IMG/VR virus record: IMGVR_UViG_3300013099_000002
Span: 25,838 to 89,837 of that record
Strand: one strand, 5' to 3'
Origin: a virus
DNA length: 64,000 nt
A program made the translations under genes and the position numbers. Of the stretch, positions 9,039 to 18,183 are shown in pieces; the stretch's first letter is position 1, and each line of letters starts with the position of its first letter. The notes under the pieces are model-generated. The model searched no databases. It worked only from the letters and a program-made list of their open reading frames with translations, and was not told the origin of the DNA.

Positions 9039-9251
9039 TTAATCCACCTCGTAAAAAGTCATAAATAACCCAACCCCAAAAAAATTAAAGCAACGTCTAC
9101 CTATCACCCCTGTGTATACCGTGTCTCTTGTTATATCTTTTTCTAAGCACACGGTAGTTACTTGAGTAATGCTTGTTCTATTTATAGCTATACGTTCATC
9201 AACAAATCTGGGAATAATTATATCCAACAATAATAGTATTGTCTTTTTCAT
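9039..9251 (-). CDS. hypothetical protein
   Basis: 70-aa ORF, coupled. Confidence 0.55.
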   Translation of the reverse strand: MKKTILLLLDIIIPRFVDERIAINRTSITQVTTVCLEKDITRDTVYTGVIGRRCFNFFGVGLFMTFYEVD

Positions 9252-9454
9252 TAGCCTTCTAAAGTTACGGTAGTGTCAACCACATCTGAATAATCAGCTT
9301 CAGTTATCCGTTCTACTTTTATTGGAAACCCTGACCGACCATCCTTAAAAAAATGGATAGGTTCTTGTGGTACAGGGAAGGTAGCGGCTTCAGATATTTC
9401 TGCCACCATTGCACCCGAATATTGCTCTAATACAGTAATTCTATATTTATTCAT
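9251..9454 (-). CDS. hypothetical protein
   Basis: 67-aa ORF with GAGG RBS. Confidence 0.65.
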   Translation of the reverse strand: MNKYRITVLEQYSGAMVAEISEAATFPVPQEPIHFFKDGRSGFPIKVERITEADYSDVVDTTVTLEG

Positions 9455-9469
9455 TAGTTCCTCTTATTT

Positions 9470-9631
9470 TTAATCACAAATTACATCACCTGTATAAATT
9501 ACTTTAGGTTGTTTTGGTTTCGACACCTCCGATTTTATTAATAAAGCCCCCAATAGCATCCCAGTAGTAATAAGAACCAAGCTAATGCATACCCACCAAC
9601 CTAACTCTTGTTTTCTGAAAGCAAGGCACAT
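9470..9631 (-). CDS. small membrane protein (53 aa, not in ORF track)
   Basis: Hand translation MCLAFRKQELGWWVCISLVLITTGMLLGALLIKSE...; TAATG coupling to dCMP deaminase. Confidence 0.6.
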   Translation of the reverse strand: MCLAFRKQELGWWVCISLVLITTGMLLGALLIKSEVSKPKQPKVIYTGDVICD

Positions 9632-10107
9632 TAAAAATCACCATCAACAATAGTGGTAGAAATCCCAGCATCATGGAATACACGTTTAGCTAATTGAGTG
9701 CTTTCTTTCCACCGGTCAATAAACTGCGGTTCAGGATGAATCCAAACCACCCGACTAATACCAGTTTGGGCAACCATAGCGGCACAACCAGCACAAGTAG
9801 GATGAGTAGAATAAATCGTAAAGCCGGTTAAATTTACATTAGCAAATAGTATTGCATTGGCTTCTGCATGAATAGTTAAAGGGTATTTTACGTTCCTATC
9901 CCCTAAAGATTCTTCATCATCAATAACCCCCCGTGGAAACCCGTTATAGCCGGTAGCAACAATTCTTTGATTAGTGTCAACAATTACCGCCCCAACTTTT
10001 GTTGAGGGGTCTTTGCTCCAAGTGCCAATAAGTTGAGCCATCATCAAAAATCGCTTGTCCCACTTATCAATCACCCTAGTATCTCTTTCATTCATAGAAT
10101 CACCCAC
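9631..10107 (-). CDS. dCMP deaminase
   Basis: SKDPSTKVGAVI, TGYNG.PRG, HAE.NA, PTC..C. Confidence 0.92.
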   Translation of the reverse strand: MGDSMNERDTRVIDKWDKRFLMMAQLIGTWSKDPSTKVGAVIVDTNQRIVATGYNGFPRGVIDDEESLGDRNVKYPLTIHAEANAILFANVNLTGFTIYSTHPTCAGCAAMVAQTGISRVVWIHPEPQFIDRWKESTQLAKRVFHDAGISTTIVDGDF

Positions 10108-10681
10108 ATTTGCTTTCTGTTAAAGCCCGTTCTAAAGGCCAACCTCTTTTTATTCTTGATTGTAGCCTCCCATAAGGCATGTTATATAATTCTGCTAAAG
10201 CTTTAATAGTGTATGTGCGTCCTGCGTGTTGTATATTAGTGCTTTTGTTTGAGGCTTGTTCTGCCGAAGTAGACCATTTGCAATTGGATACCTCGTAGTT
10301 ACCTTCATTATCAATCCTATCTAAAGTGGTACCTTCTGGCCTAACCCCCATATCATCAAAAAACTTTTCAAAAGAATCACGCCAATCAGAACAAATAGTA
10401 ATACCTCTACCACCATAATTAGAATAGCGGTCATTGTTTTTATTAAAGCACCGTTGCTTCATACTATCCCAAGAATTATATTCTCGTTTATGAAAAAAAC
10501 AACCACTCCTTTTAGACATACCATAACAGTATTTACATTTAGTTGAATTACCTTTCACTAAATGAGTAATAATTACAAATTTTTCTAAACCACAACTACA
10601 TTTAGCTAACCATCTTTTTTTATCAGGATAGTAATCTAATAGAGTCCACTGATTAAAAGTATCACCTTTTTTATATTTCAT
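10100..10681 (-). CDS. HNH homing endonuclease
   Basis: C.CG, W..MKQRC, YGGRGI.IC..W, TLDRIDNEGNY...NC.W. Confidence 0.88.
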   Translation of the reverse strand: MKYKKGDTFNQWTLLDYYPDKKRWLAKCSCGLEKFVIITHLVKGNSTKCKYCYGMSKRSGCFFHKREYNSWDSMKQRCFNKNNDRYSNYGGRGITICSDWRDSFEKFFDDMGVRPEGTTLDRIDNEGNYEVSNCKWSTSAEQASNKSTNIQHAGRTYTIKALAELYNMPYGRLQSRIKRGWPLERALTESKCG

Positions 10682-10712
10682 AAGTAATCATAACAACATT
10701 TAGATTCCTATG

Positions 10713-11390
10713 TCAATTGCAATGGGACTCACCGCAACTTAAACAAGTTTGGCACCCATCCATAAGGATAACAGCCTTAACGCTACACTTTGGGCATACA
10801 GTGGACTGTGGGGGGTATTCTGCTGTGTTATTATCGTCTGGGTTAGCTTTTTTGTACTCTTCACGCTTCTGAGCAATAAATTCTTCCGTGGCTTTATCTT
10901 TTTGAACTTCTATAATCCCAATAGCAATTAAATGTTTTTCAAGTATATGCCCAACTTCAGCAATTATAGAGGGCATAAATACCCCCCCTTTTTTGAAGTA
11001 ACCACCGGCAGGGTCAAATACGCTTTTTAGTTCATCTGCTAAAAAGACAACATCGCCACCTTTTCTAAATACTGCAGATATTACTCTGGTCAAAGCAAAT
11101 ACCCATTGTGCGCTCTCAGGGTCTTTACAGTTGATAAAAATTTCATACGGGTACAGATTACCGTTTATTTCTTTATCGTTCAAAGTAACGTAATAAGCGA
11201 AGTCTTTAACAGGATGTTTGAACTTGTATGTTCGTCCGTTTAGAATCTCATCCCGTTCTATTTCTTCATGCATCCCTGTTTGTTCACAAATCAACCCTTC
11301 TACTTCTTCAGGTTCATCTGTTAATACTTTAAAGCCAACAATTTTCTTGTCAATAACTGTAGGTGGTGGTTTCTTCTCTTCTTCAGCCAT
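10713..11390 (-). CDS. class II ribonucleotide reductase small/C-terminal subunit (NrdJb/TSCPD-like)
   Basis: YVTLND, PYEIFIN.K, ALTRVISAVFRKGGD, ELKSVFDP.GG, terminal CPKC...DGC.TCL.CG.S.C; start reassigned to MAEEEK (GGAG RBS). Confidence 0.85.
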   Translation of the reverse strand: MAEEEKKPPPTVIDKKIVGFKVLTDEPEEVEGLICEQTGMHEEIERDEILNGRTYKFKHPVKDFAYYVTLNDKEINGNLYPYEIFINCKDPESAQWVFALTRVISAVFRKGGDVVFLADELKSVFDPAGGYFKKGGVFMPSIIAEVGHILEKHLIAIGIIEVQKDKATEEFIAQKREEYKKANPDDNNTAEYPPQSTVCPKCSVKAVILMDGCQTCLSCGESHCN

Positions 11391-12009
11391 TATTATCTCC
11401 GGTGCCGGTAGAAATAGTAATGTTCCCCCGTTCATTTAAAAAAGCAATAATGTTTCTTATGCATACCAGCTCAATATCATGCACTTCAATATTGAAAGTC
11501 AGTTCTGCATCTTTTGGAAATTCGTATGAAGAACTAATGCCTGTAAAATCTTTTAATTTCCCAGACCGTGCCTTTGCATAATTTCCTTTTGCATCCACGC
11601 TTTCACAATATTCTAAAGATGCATTCATGTGAATTTCTATGAATTGGTTTTCTTCCACCGAATCCCTAACCATAGCCCTATCAATAAGAATAGGTGAAAC
11701 CAAAGACACCACTGCAAACATACCAGCGTCTACCAATAATTTTGCCACCTCCCCCACACGCGCCACATTTTCTGACCGGTCTTTTAAAGAAAAACCTAAA
11801 TCAGAACAAATACCTTTTCTTAATTCATCACCATCAAGGTTACATGCACCGTAACCCCTCACACGAAGTTCATCCACAATCTTTGTAGCCAACATTGACT
11901 TACCAGAACCACATAATCCAGTAAGCCAAATAATAGCTGGTTTAGGCTGTGTAATACTCCCAATCTGTTTTTCGCCTTCCAACACTTCTCTCCAATCGTT
12001 CGGCTTCAT
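11383..12009 (-). CDS. cysC: adenylyl-sulfate (APS) kinase
   Basis: IWLTGLCGSGKS, LDGDELR.G...DLGFS..DR.EN, EVAKLL.DAG, SP, KG.Y.KAR.G....FTGI...YE.P. Confidence 0.9.
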   Translation of the reverse strand: MKPNDWREVLEGEKQIGSITQPKPAIIWLTGLCGSGKSMLATKIVDELRVRGYGACNLDGDELRKGICSDLGFSLKDRSENVARVGEVAKLLVDAGMFAVVSLVSPILIDRAMVRDSVEENQFIEIHMNASLEYCESVDAKGNYAKARSGKLKDFTGISSSYEFPKDAELTFNIEVHDIELVCIRNIIAFLNERGNITISTGTGDNNG

Positions 12010-12208
12010 CCAGTTTGCTTTTTTCTACATACCACAAAATAACAGTAAAAGTAGCACCGGCATAAAACCCCAAATAAATAAAACTAAGAACTATCGTTAT
12101 CATTTCAATAAGAAACCGGATAGCATTACCCACGCCTACAAACAAGGGGGCTATATGTTGTGTTCGCCCCCTCCTATCTACAAGGCCGGTTCTTCTATTA
12201 ACCTGCAT
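11942..12208 (-). CDS. small membrane protein with N-terminal RRxxxxDRR motif
   Basis: Hydrophobic stretch of about 40 aa; NRRTGLVDRR at N-terminus. Confidence 0.6.
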   Translation of the reverse strand: MQVNRRTGLVDRRGRTQHIAPLFVGVGNAIRFLIEMITIVLSFIYLGFYAGATFTVILWYVEKSKLDEAERLERSVGRRKTDWEYYTA

Positions 12209-12761
12209 CTTCCATTGCCTTTCGTTCAGCTTCGGTATCCCGATTCAAAGCATCTTCTGTATTGAATTTTTCTGGGTACCGCGCCAGCAATTTATTGATA
12301 TTTTTATCCATGCATTCCTCAATAGATACACCAGCATCACGAAGTAAAATAGCATCGTACCAAAAGCCGTCCCCAACTTCTTCGATAGTATTTTTTACAT
12401 CATAGTTTTGTTTGTCTGAAGAAACAAAGGCAAATACATTTTCCATCACTTCCCCAGCTTCGGTTAATTTACCTAGTGCCGCGTGAAGCAAATCAACTTC
12501 CCGTGAATCAAACTTTTGCAAAGCTTCAAGTTCATCCGGTTCTAAGGCCATGGTATCGGCATCAGATAAAATTACCGCGCCATCAACCATAGGCTTACCG
12601 TAGTAAATATTCTTTTTTAATGCATCTAATTGCTGGCAAACATCAATAGCTTGTTTAATCACATTACCTAAAGATTTTGCTGTGTCACTTGATAGCCCTA
12701 AACCATCAGGAAATTTTGATAAGGTGCGTTCCGAATCAACTAAATATTGTTCTGGTGTCAT
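12198..12761 (-). CDS. MazG-like nucleotide pyrophosphohydrolase
   Basis: LHAALG..TEAGEV, EEVGD..WY, NI.KL..RYP..F. Confidence 0.85.
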   Translation of the reverse strand: MTPEQYLVDSERTLSKFPDGLGLSSDTAKSLGNVIKQAIDVCQQLDALKKNIYYGKPMVDGAVILSDADTMALEPDELEALQKFDSREVDLLHAALGKLTEAGEVMENVFAFVSSDKQNYDVKNTIEEVGDGFWYDAILLRDAGVSIEECMDKNINKLLARYPEKFNTEDALNRDTEAERKAMEDAG

Positions 12762-12787
12762 ACGTTGTACTCCTAGTTAAGTTAAAA

Positions 12788-13135
12788 TTAAAACCGGTTT
12801 GATTCCATAGGCATATCTTTACAGCCCCCAGTATGTCTTACTTCCTTTACTACTTTTGGTTTTAGCAGTTTTAGACGTGGCTCATCGAACTGCTGTCTTT
12901 CTTTTGGCTTACCATGAGGGTCTAATCCAGACGGTAATACCCCGTAAGCGTTGCAATTAGTTAGCCATTGCATACGGTATTCTATTACACCTTTAAAGCC
13001 GGTAATGTCATCTTTGACCTCATCACCAAGATTAAATTTAAAATCTGTATCGGTATTCGCATCTTTAACTACTTGTAGTTCAGCTATATCAGTTTTTGCC
13101 TTATTACCGAAGATATTTTTTATTGATTCAAACAT
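12788..13135 (-). CDS. conserved phage protein
   Basis: F.LGD.VKD.ITGFKGVI......L..C..Y.V.P...FDE.RL pattern. Confidence 0.7.
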   Translation of the reverse strand: MFESIKNIFGNKAKTDIAELQVVKDANTDTDFKFNLGDEVKDDITGFKGVIEYRMQWLTNCNAYGVLPSGLDPHGKPKERQQFDEPRLKLLKPKVVKEVRHTGGCKDMPMESNRF

Positions 13136-13155
13136 TTTGCTTTGTCCATTGGTTT

Positions 13156-13187
13156 AAAAAAAATGGTGAGGTTTTTACACCCCACCG
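13156..13187 (-). terminator. intrinsic terminator
   Basis: GGTGGGGT/ACCTCACC stem followed by a T tract. Confidence 0.7.
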
Positions 13188-13205
13188 AGTTACCACAGCG
13201 CTTGG

Positions 13206-14066
13206 TTAATCCACTTCTGCAGTTAAGGAAACATCAGGCCATAATTCTTCAAATATTTCTAGTACCTCTTCCCATGAAGAGCCTTTCATTGTATCTTTTA
13301 ATGATTTAGGTTTAGGTGCCTTCTTAGGTTTGTTACCAGACAAATATGCCAAACAAATAGATTCCATTGCCACGTTAGCAAATTCCGTGTCAGCATCATT
13401 TTTAGCCTTATCCACGGCATCATTGATGACCTCTTTTTGGTCATCATGCACCTTAAAGGTTAAGGTTGATAATTTAGTTGATTCTTCCATTGCATCTGGA
13501 GCATCTTCATCATCCTCGTCATCAGAGGCAGTCGAACCTTTTTGTTGTTCTTTGATGTAGGCTTGTAATTGAATCACGGTTAGCTCGGAAGCAATTTCCA
13601 CCCATTCATCAACATTTTCTTCATTGATAATATCGCACAGTTCTTTCAGTTTAGACCAACCCAAACCTTCAACCTTTTCCCATGGAATATTAGCTTCAAC
13701 CAAGCCGTTATAAATCCCAACCATATACATTGCTTTACGATAACCAAGCCCATATTCTTCTTCAACAAAAGATTTGAAATTATCAAAACCCTCATCAGTG
13801 TACCAACCATTTGATTGAATAACCGATAGAACCCCACCCAACTGAAAATATGAAAAGTCAATATCTTGAGCCAATTTTGAAACCATGGCATAAGCTTTCA
13901 CCTTGGTTAAATTTTCAAGTTTGTGAGCGGTATCGACAATTAAATCAGATTTTGCTTTGGTAGCAGTTTTTGGTTTTACTGCTGTGGTAGTTTTTGGTTT
14001 CGCAGTTGTTGTTTTTTTACCTGCCGCAACTTTCGCAGCAGTTGTTGTTTTTTTAGCTTCAGCCAT
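13206..14066 (-). CDS. hypothetical protein with Lys/Thr/Ala-rich N-terminus
   Basis: Long ORF; start reassigned to MAEAKK (GGAG RBS). Confidence 0.8.
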   Translation of the reverse strand: MAEAKKTTTAAKVAAGKKTTTAKPKTTTAVKPKTATKAKSDLIVDTAHKLENLTKVKAYAMVSKLAQDIDFSYFQLGGVLSVIQSNGWYTDEGFDNFKSFVEEEYGLGYRKAMYMVGIYNGLVEANIPWEKVEGLGWSKLKELCDIINEENVDEWVEIASELTVIQLQAYIKEQQKGSTASDDEDDEDAPDAMEESTKLSTLTFKVHDDQKEVINDAVDKAKNDADTEFANVAMESICLAYLSGNKPKKAPKPKSLKDTMKGSSWEEVLEIFEELWPDVSLTAEVD

Positions 14067-14114
14067 TTTTGTATCTCCAATAATAAAATAAACCATCCAT
14101 GGTATAAAGTTTTC

Positions 14115-14243
14115 CTAGTACCCAGTAATTTCAAACACCCAACTGCCGTTTAATTTGTGGCAATTAAAAGCCGCCCCTTTTTCAGTTAAGGACATTGCAA
14201 TTTCAGTCATTTCCAATAAATCGTCAGTTGTGATAGTTTTCAT
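14115..14243 (-). CDS. small hypothetical protein (42 aa, not in ORF track)
   Basis: Hand translation MKTITTDDLLEMTEIAMSLTEKGAAFNCHKLNGSWVFEITGY after the conserved promoter and AACGGATT leader. Confidence 0.65.
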   Translation of the reverse strand: MKTITTDDLLEMTEIAMSLTEKGAAFNCHKLNGSWVFEITGY

Positions 14244-14275
14244 TTTTTTAATCCGTTTCGTTTAATGTGAGCTTC

Positions 14276-14303
14276 ATTATACGCATATAATTTTAATTGT
14301 CAA
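14276..14303 (-). promoter_or_regulatory. sigma70-type promoter
   Basis: TTGACA-16nt-TATAAT. Confidence 0.85.
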
Positions 14304-14315
14304 ATTTAATTTTAA

Positions 14316-14876
14316 TCATATTTCACTATTTGCAATCAATTGCAATTTTTCTATATCTTTAGGATGTTTCTTAGCCCACTCTGTTAAAGCGGTTGCATTA
14401 ACTTTAGGGACTTTTACATACCCCAATAAACCCAAACCAAATTGAGCTAAACAAAAAGCATCGACCTCATTATCAGTCCCTTCTAGGTGCCAACGCTTGT
14501 AAGTTTCCAACATCATAACATCTTTCTTTACATTACCTTTACCAGAAACGAACTTTTTTAATGAAGTTGGGGGTATATCTAAAATAAGCACTCGGTATAA
14601 ATGCAACGTGTATTTAATCACTGTACCCACTTCAACCAGCGTTACCAGTGTGTGCTTATTAGCGAACCCGTAGCCCTCAATTATGCAAACATCAGGCTCA
14701 TACTTATCCAGTAATTCATAAAGCCTGTCTGCGAATGCTTTTAATCGTGGCATCCCTTTTAGTGTTGGAAAGTTCCATTCCTGCTTATACAGTAAATTTA
14801 TTTTTTCTTCCCCGTGTTTCAATTCCAAGATAACCACGCCTGTTTTAGTTGAAGTATCCAACCCTAAAACAATCAT
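14316..14876 (-). CDS. RuvC-like Holliday junction resolvase
   Basis: VLGLDTS..TG, IIEGY, P...LKKFVSGKGN..K, DNEVDA. Confidence 0.88.
   Translation of the reverse strand: MIVLGLDTSTKTGVVILELKHGEEKINLLYKQEWNFPTLKGMPRLKAFADRLYELLDKYEPDVCIIEGYGFANKHTLVTLVEVGTVIKYTLHLYRVLILDIPPTSLKKFVSGKGNVKKDVMMLETYKRWHLEGTDNEVDAFCLAQFGLGLLGYVKVPKVNATALTEWAKKHPKDIEKLQLIANSEI
14331..14344. repeat. 14-bp near-palindrome (copy 4)
   Basis: TGCAATCAATTGCA exact, in RuvC C-terminal tail. Confidence 0.95.
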
Positions 14877-15343
14877 GTTAAGTACTTCCATTTAGTGATA
14901 TGTTCTGCTTCCACAAAATCACCCCCACCAATAATGGCATTAGTATAAAATCCAAATTCATGCTCATCATGGTTAAATACTCCAAGATAAACACAATCCC
15001 CATATTGAAATAGTACAGGTCTTTCTGAGTCCGGCAAATTAACCAGCCTACCTTCAACACTATCAACCAGTGCCCATTCAGATTGCTCAGTAATATACCC
15101 CTCTTCAAAAGATTCTGCTGGTGAAAAGGATTTATACCCACCCTCATAAACAACATAATACCCACCGGCTTCAGGTTTATGTTTATTTACATAATCCATG
15201 CTTAGTTGTATCGGTGTAAATCTGTCATCGGTGGCCTTAAAAAATACAGCATCACCTTCATGGAATATTTCTTTTATTTTCAAAGCCCACACTTTTTTAA
15301 TGCATTGGTACTTTGGTAGTTCGCACATTGAGCCATCAGTCAT
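14873..15343 (-). CDS. conserved phage protein (GYYVVY.GGY.SFSP domain)
   Basis: LPKY.C.K.V.ALKI ... GGYYVVYEGGYKSFSPAESFEEGY. Confidence 0.7.
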   Translation of the reverse strand: MTDGSMCELPKYQCIKKVWALKIKEIFHEGDAVFFKATDDRFTPIQLSMDYVNKHKPEAGGYYVVYEGGYKSFSPAESFEEGYITEQSEWALVDSVEGRLVNLPDSERPVLFQYGDCVYLGVFNHDEHEFGFYTNAIIGGGDFVEAEHITKWKYLT

Positions 15344-15354
15344 ATTAAGTCCTC

Positions 15355-16281
15355 TTATGTTTCTTTTTTATTCCACGTTATTTGAGCTGGGTATTTTCCA
15401 GAAAAACACTCAGATACAACTGGGCAGGTTTTTGCCCGTTTACAAAATGAAGTATTACATACACCATCAGGCATCTTGCCGTTACCCCGAAACTTTTTAA
15501 TCAGCTTCGCCTTCCGTGTAAATATTAAGGTAGTTGAATCATCCCTATGAACAGTGAATTCTTTGAAAGGTGAAAAGGCCGCATCTTTCAACCCCATCAG
15601 TTTTAATGATTCATCTTTACAACCAAACCCTTTACACACGTAAAGAATATTAGCCACCTCAGTATTTACCCTATCGTGAAGCTCTGTGGTGTCCTCAGCG
15701 ACTAAACGCATATAAAGGTTTGTCCTTATCCGATGTTCGGCTAAAGGGGCTACTAACGCTTTAAATGCATCCGAAGCCATGGTCTTAATTTCATAGATTC
15801 GATATTTAGGTTCTCCGGTAATAATCAAGGCATCAATGCCGCCTGATATTCCAGATATTTTTGATAAGGGTCTTGGTTCCTCATACTGCCAATTATGGTC
15901 AATACCAGATTTAGTAAAGCAATGGCCTTTTGTTGGTTTCCTACATAACTGCTTTATTTCACCACAATTTCTGCATACCCAATTACCCACCATAATATCT
16001 TCAAGATAAACCTCATTGATTCGTCTTTGTAAATCCTCCCCATGGTGGAATGTGGTTCTAAGTGAAGTCCCAATAAATTCATCCCTTCGTTTTTTGCCGG
16101 TAATATCTACTAAGCAATATTCCCTTGGGCAAAATTCCTTATCCCCTTTAGTCACATCAGAAGCGTGAATATTATGCATAGGTCTTGCTTCTTGAACACC
16201 TGCAATTTTTTCATGCAAAATCTTCTTTAAACTAAATGCATTTTTGTTTTTTAGTTTCTTAGTTATTTTTAATGGCATCAA
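15355..16281 (-). CDS. Cas4-like PD-(D/E)XK exonuclease
   Basis: HAS...CPR, G...H, GGID.L, YEIKT, C-terminal Cys cluster. Confidence 0.75.
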   Translation of the reverse strand: MMPLKITKKLKNKNAFSLKKILHEKIAGVQEARPMHNIHASDVTKGDKEFCPREYCLVDITGKKRRDEFIGTSLRTTFHHGEDLQRRINEVYLEDIMVGNWVCRNCGEIKQLCRKPTKGHCFTKSGIDHNWQYEEPRPLSKISGISGGIDALIITGEPKYRIYEIKTMASDAFKALVAPLAEHRIRTNLYMRLVAEDTTELHDRVNTEVANILYVCKGFGCKDESLKLMGLKDAAFSPFKEFTVHRDDSTTLIFTRKAKLIKKFRGNGKMPDGVCNTSFCKRAKTCPVVSECFSGKYPAQITWNKKET

Positions 16282-16294
16282 TCCTCCAACCGGC

Positions 16295-16546
16295 CTAATT
16301 GCCGTGATAGTTCCATATACTTTTCAACCTTGATTTTCTTTTCTTTTCTTCCATAATATCAAATAAATTTAAAAGACAAGGTATTGTTTCATCTTGTGTA
16401 AGCATTTTGCTAACCGCCATGGCTTCGGCAAATTCCTGTGCAATATCACCTACTTTAGTTCTTTTAGCCAAGGCTATCAATCTAACAAAAACACCGGTTT
16501 TTGAATCATAATGCAAATGTTTTTTTAGTTTATCTTGAGTAATCAT
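16295..16546 (-). pseudogene. truncated HNH endonuclease remnant or chimera
   Basis: N-terminus MITQDKLKKHLHYD.KTG.F...GDIA typical of HNH-AP2 endonucleases, but no HNH core follows. Confidence 0.55.
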
Positions 16547-16914
16547 AAATCCCCTATGTTTATATTTTCTATTAGTTGAGAAAAAACATCTTCAGGAACC
16601 ATTACCCATCGACCTCTTTTTAAGGAAGTGCCTTGAGAATCCACAAATTGAATAGATAAGGCAGGTGTTTTTCCAACTTCAAGAGCTTCTTGTGATACCT
16701 TAAGCAACCAATCCAAATCCAGTTTCATACTTCTATGAATAGTCGCTTTGTTTTCAATCTTGAATTCCTTTACAGTAAAATCTGCTTTTACCCCCATGTT
16801 GCCACTACCAGCATGAAGTTTACCCCCCATCCTTCTAGCGGCCTTAACTTCTGCTTTTCGCCCGTGGTCGTTTTTCTTCCCTGTATGTTTTTTCATCCAC
16901 GGGTTATCACTCAC
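16543..16914 (-). CDS. PD-(D/E)XK resolvase-like nuclease
   Basis: G...E...A...GG....GSG...K.D......IENK. Confidence 0.7.
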   Translation of the reverse strand: MSDNPWMKKHTGKKNDHGRKAEVKAARRMGGKLHAGSGNMGVKADFTVKEFKIENKATIHRSMKLDLDWLLKVSQEALEVGKTPALSIQFVDSQGTSLKRGRWVMVPEDVFSQLIENINIGDL

Positions 16915-17096
16915 GCCAACCCCTCCTTTGTAGCAAACCATAATGATACTTCTATGGTAGCTTCTTCTCCTTCACCATATTCTTCAGCATCAGTAATCTG
17001 GGATTTAGGTATCCAATGTTCTTCCCCATCATCTACCAAAAAAGCCTTTGGTGTTTCTCGTATAACAACAACACTCATTTCTATAGTTTCGCTCAT
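16911..17096 (-). CDS. small conserved phage protein
   Basis: RETPKAFLV...E.WIPKSQI...W.A...GL. Confidence 0.75.
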   Translation of the reverse strand: MSETIEMSVVVIRETPKAFLVDDGEEHWIPKSQITDAEEYGEGEEATIEVSLWFATKEGLA

Positions 17097-17098
17097 AA

Positions 17099-18154
17099 CT
17101 ATTCCTCTGTTTCGGCATCCTCATTATCCTCTTCATCATCACCTAACGCAGTTTCAAATACCAATTCACGTAAGGCTAAATTAAGAGACTCATCTTCATC
17201 AATATGCTTTCTTATTGATGAAATAGTTTTAAATTCCTGCTCCCCCAAAAACCAACTACCGGCTTTTTCTCCTTTTCTGATTATCCCAAAATCCTGCATA
17301 TACTTCTTAAAAGTATTCCAATCATCCACATCACCGATAGCAAAACCAGTATTTTTGTTGATTGACATTCTGAACTCAAAGGACTTTGAAAAAATCGGTA
17401 TCTTATATTTCTTTACGATACCGGAACATATTTTCCATGAAGGTAAGGTAGCATTTATTTTCTTATCAATTTCATCTTTACCATAAAGACGAAGAATCAA
17501 AGCCGCACCGTACCTAAAAGCATTTCCTCCAGGCATTGTTTCAGGGTCGCCATACATAACCCCAATTTTAAAACGTATCTGATTAATACATATCAAAGTC
17601 GGGTATCTTTCTTTTCTAATAGCGGTTGATATAGCCATAACAGCTTTACGGTAAAATCGCCCGATAACCAAACCGGAACCACCCACCACGGCCTTCTCAG
17701 CACTACTGTTTAGCTCATTTGCCGTTACCATTGCCGCTAATGAATCAACTACAACCACTCCGCAATCATCAGCGTATAAAATCCCTTCAATCAAATCTAC
17801 TGCCATTTCAGCATAAGTGGGTCGCAATAACTTTAATTTTTCAGTTTGCACCCCTAACTTTATTGCCCAGTCTTTATCATAACTAGCTTCAATATCCACA
17901 AACACACAAGTCTTGTCTGGATTAGTTCGTTGGTACTGAGCAATAGCTTTTAATGCCACCGTTGTTTTAAGGCTAGACTCAGGCCCGTATATTATGCTCA
18001 TTTTACCGACTGGAAAACCCCCACCTATTGCTAAATCAATAGGAAACATCCCTGTGTCAGCTCTGGTATATTCTGGTTGGTCGTGCCCATTACCTACAAC
18101 AGCATCACCATACTGCTTATCCATTTCTTTTAATAGTTCATCAACAGAACTCAT
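17099..18154 (-). CDS. recA: RecA recombinase
   Basis: TG...IDLAIGGG.P.G, GPESSLKTT, FVDIE, VVVDSLAA, INQIR.KIGVMYGDPET.PGG.A. Confidence 0.93.
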   Translation of the reverse strand: MSSVDELLKEMDKQYGDAVVGNGHDQPEYTRADTGMFPIDLAIGGGFPVGKMSIIYGPESSLKTTVALKAIAQYQRTNPDKTCVFVDIEASYDKDWAIKLGVQTEKLKLLRPTYAEMAVDLIEGILYADDCGVVVVDSLAAMVTANELNSSAEKAVVGGSGLVIGRFYRKAVMAISTAIRKERYPTLICINQIRFKIGVMYGDPETMPGGNAFRYGAALILRLYGKDEIDKKINATLPSWKICSGIVKKYKIPIFSKSFEFRMSINKNTGFAIGDVDDWNTFKKYMQDFGIIRKGEKAGSWFLGEQEFKTISSIRKHIDEDESLNLALRELVFETALGDDEEDNEDAETEE

Positions 18155-18168
18155 TACCTATCCCCCAT

Positions 18169-18182
18169 TGCAATTGATTGCA
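18169..18182. repeat. 14-bp near-palindrome (copy 5)
   Basis: TGCAATTGATTGCA exact, just upstream of recA RBS. Confidence 0.95.
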
Positions 18183-18183
18183 C

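Noticed and set aside
15355-16281. Cas4-like gene as part of a CRISPR-Cas system
   Set aside because: No array or other cas genes; stand-alone Cas4-like nucleases are common in phage recombination modules
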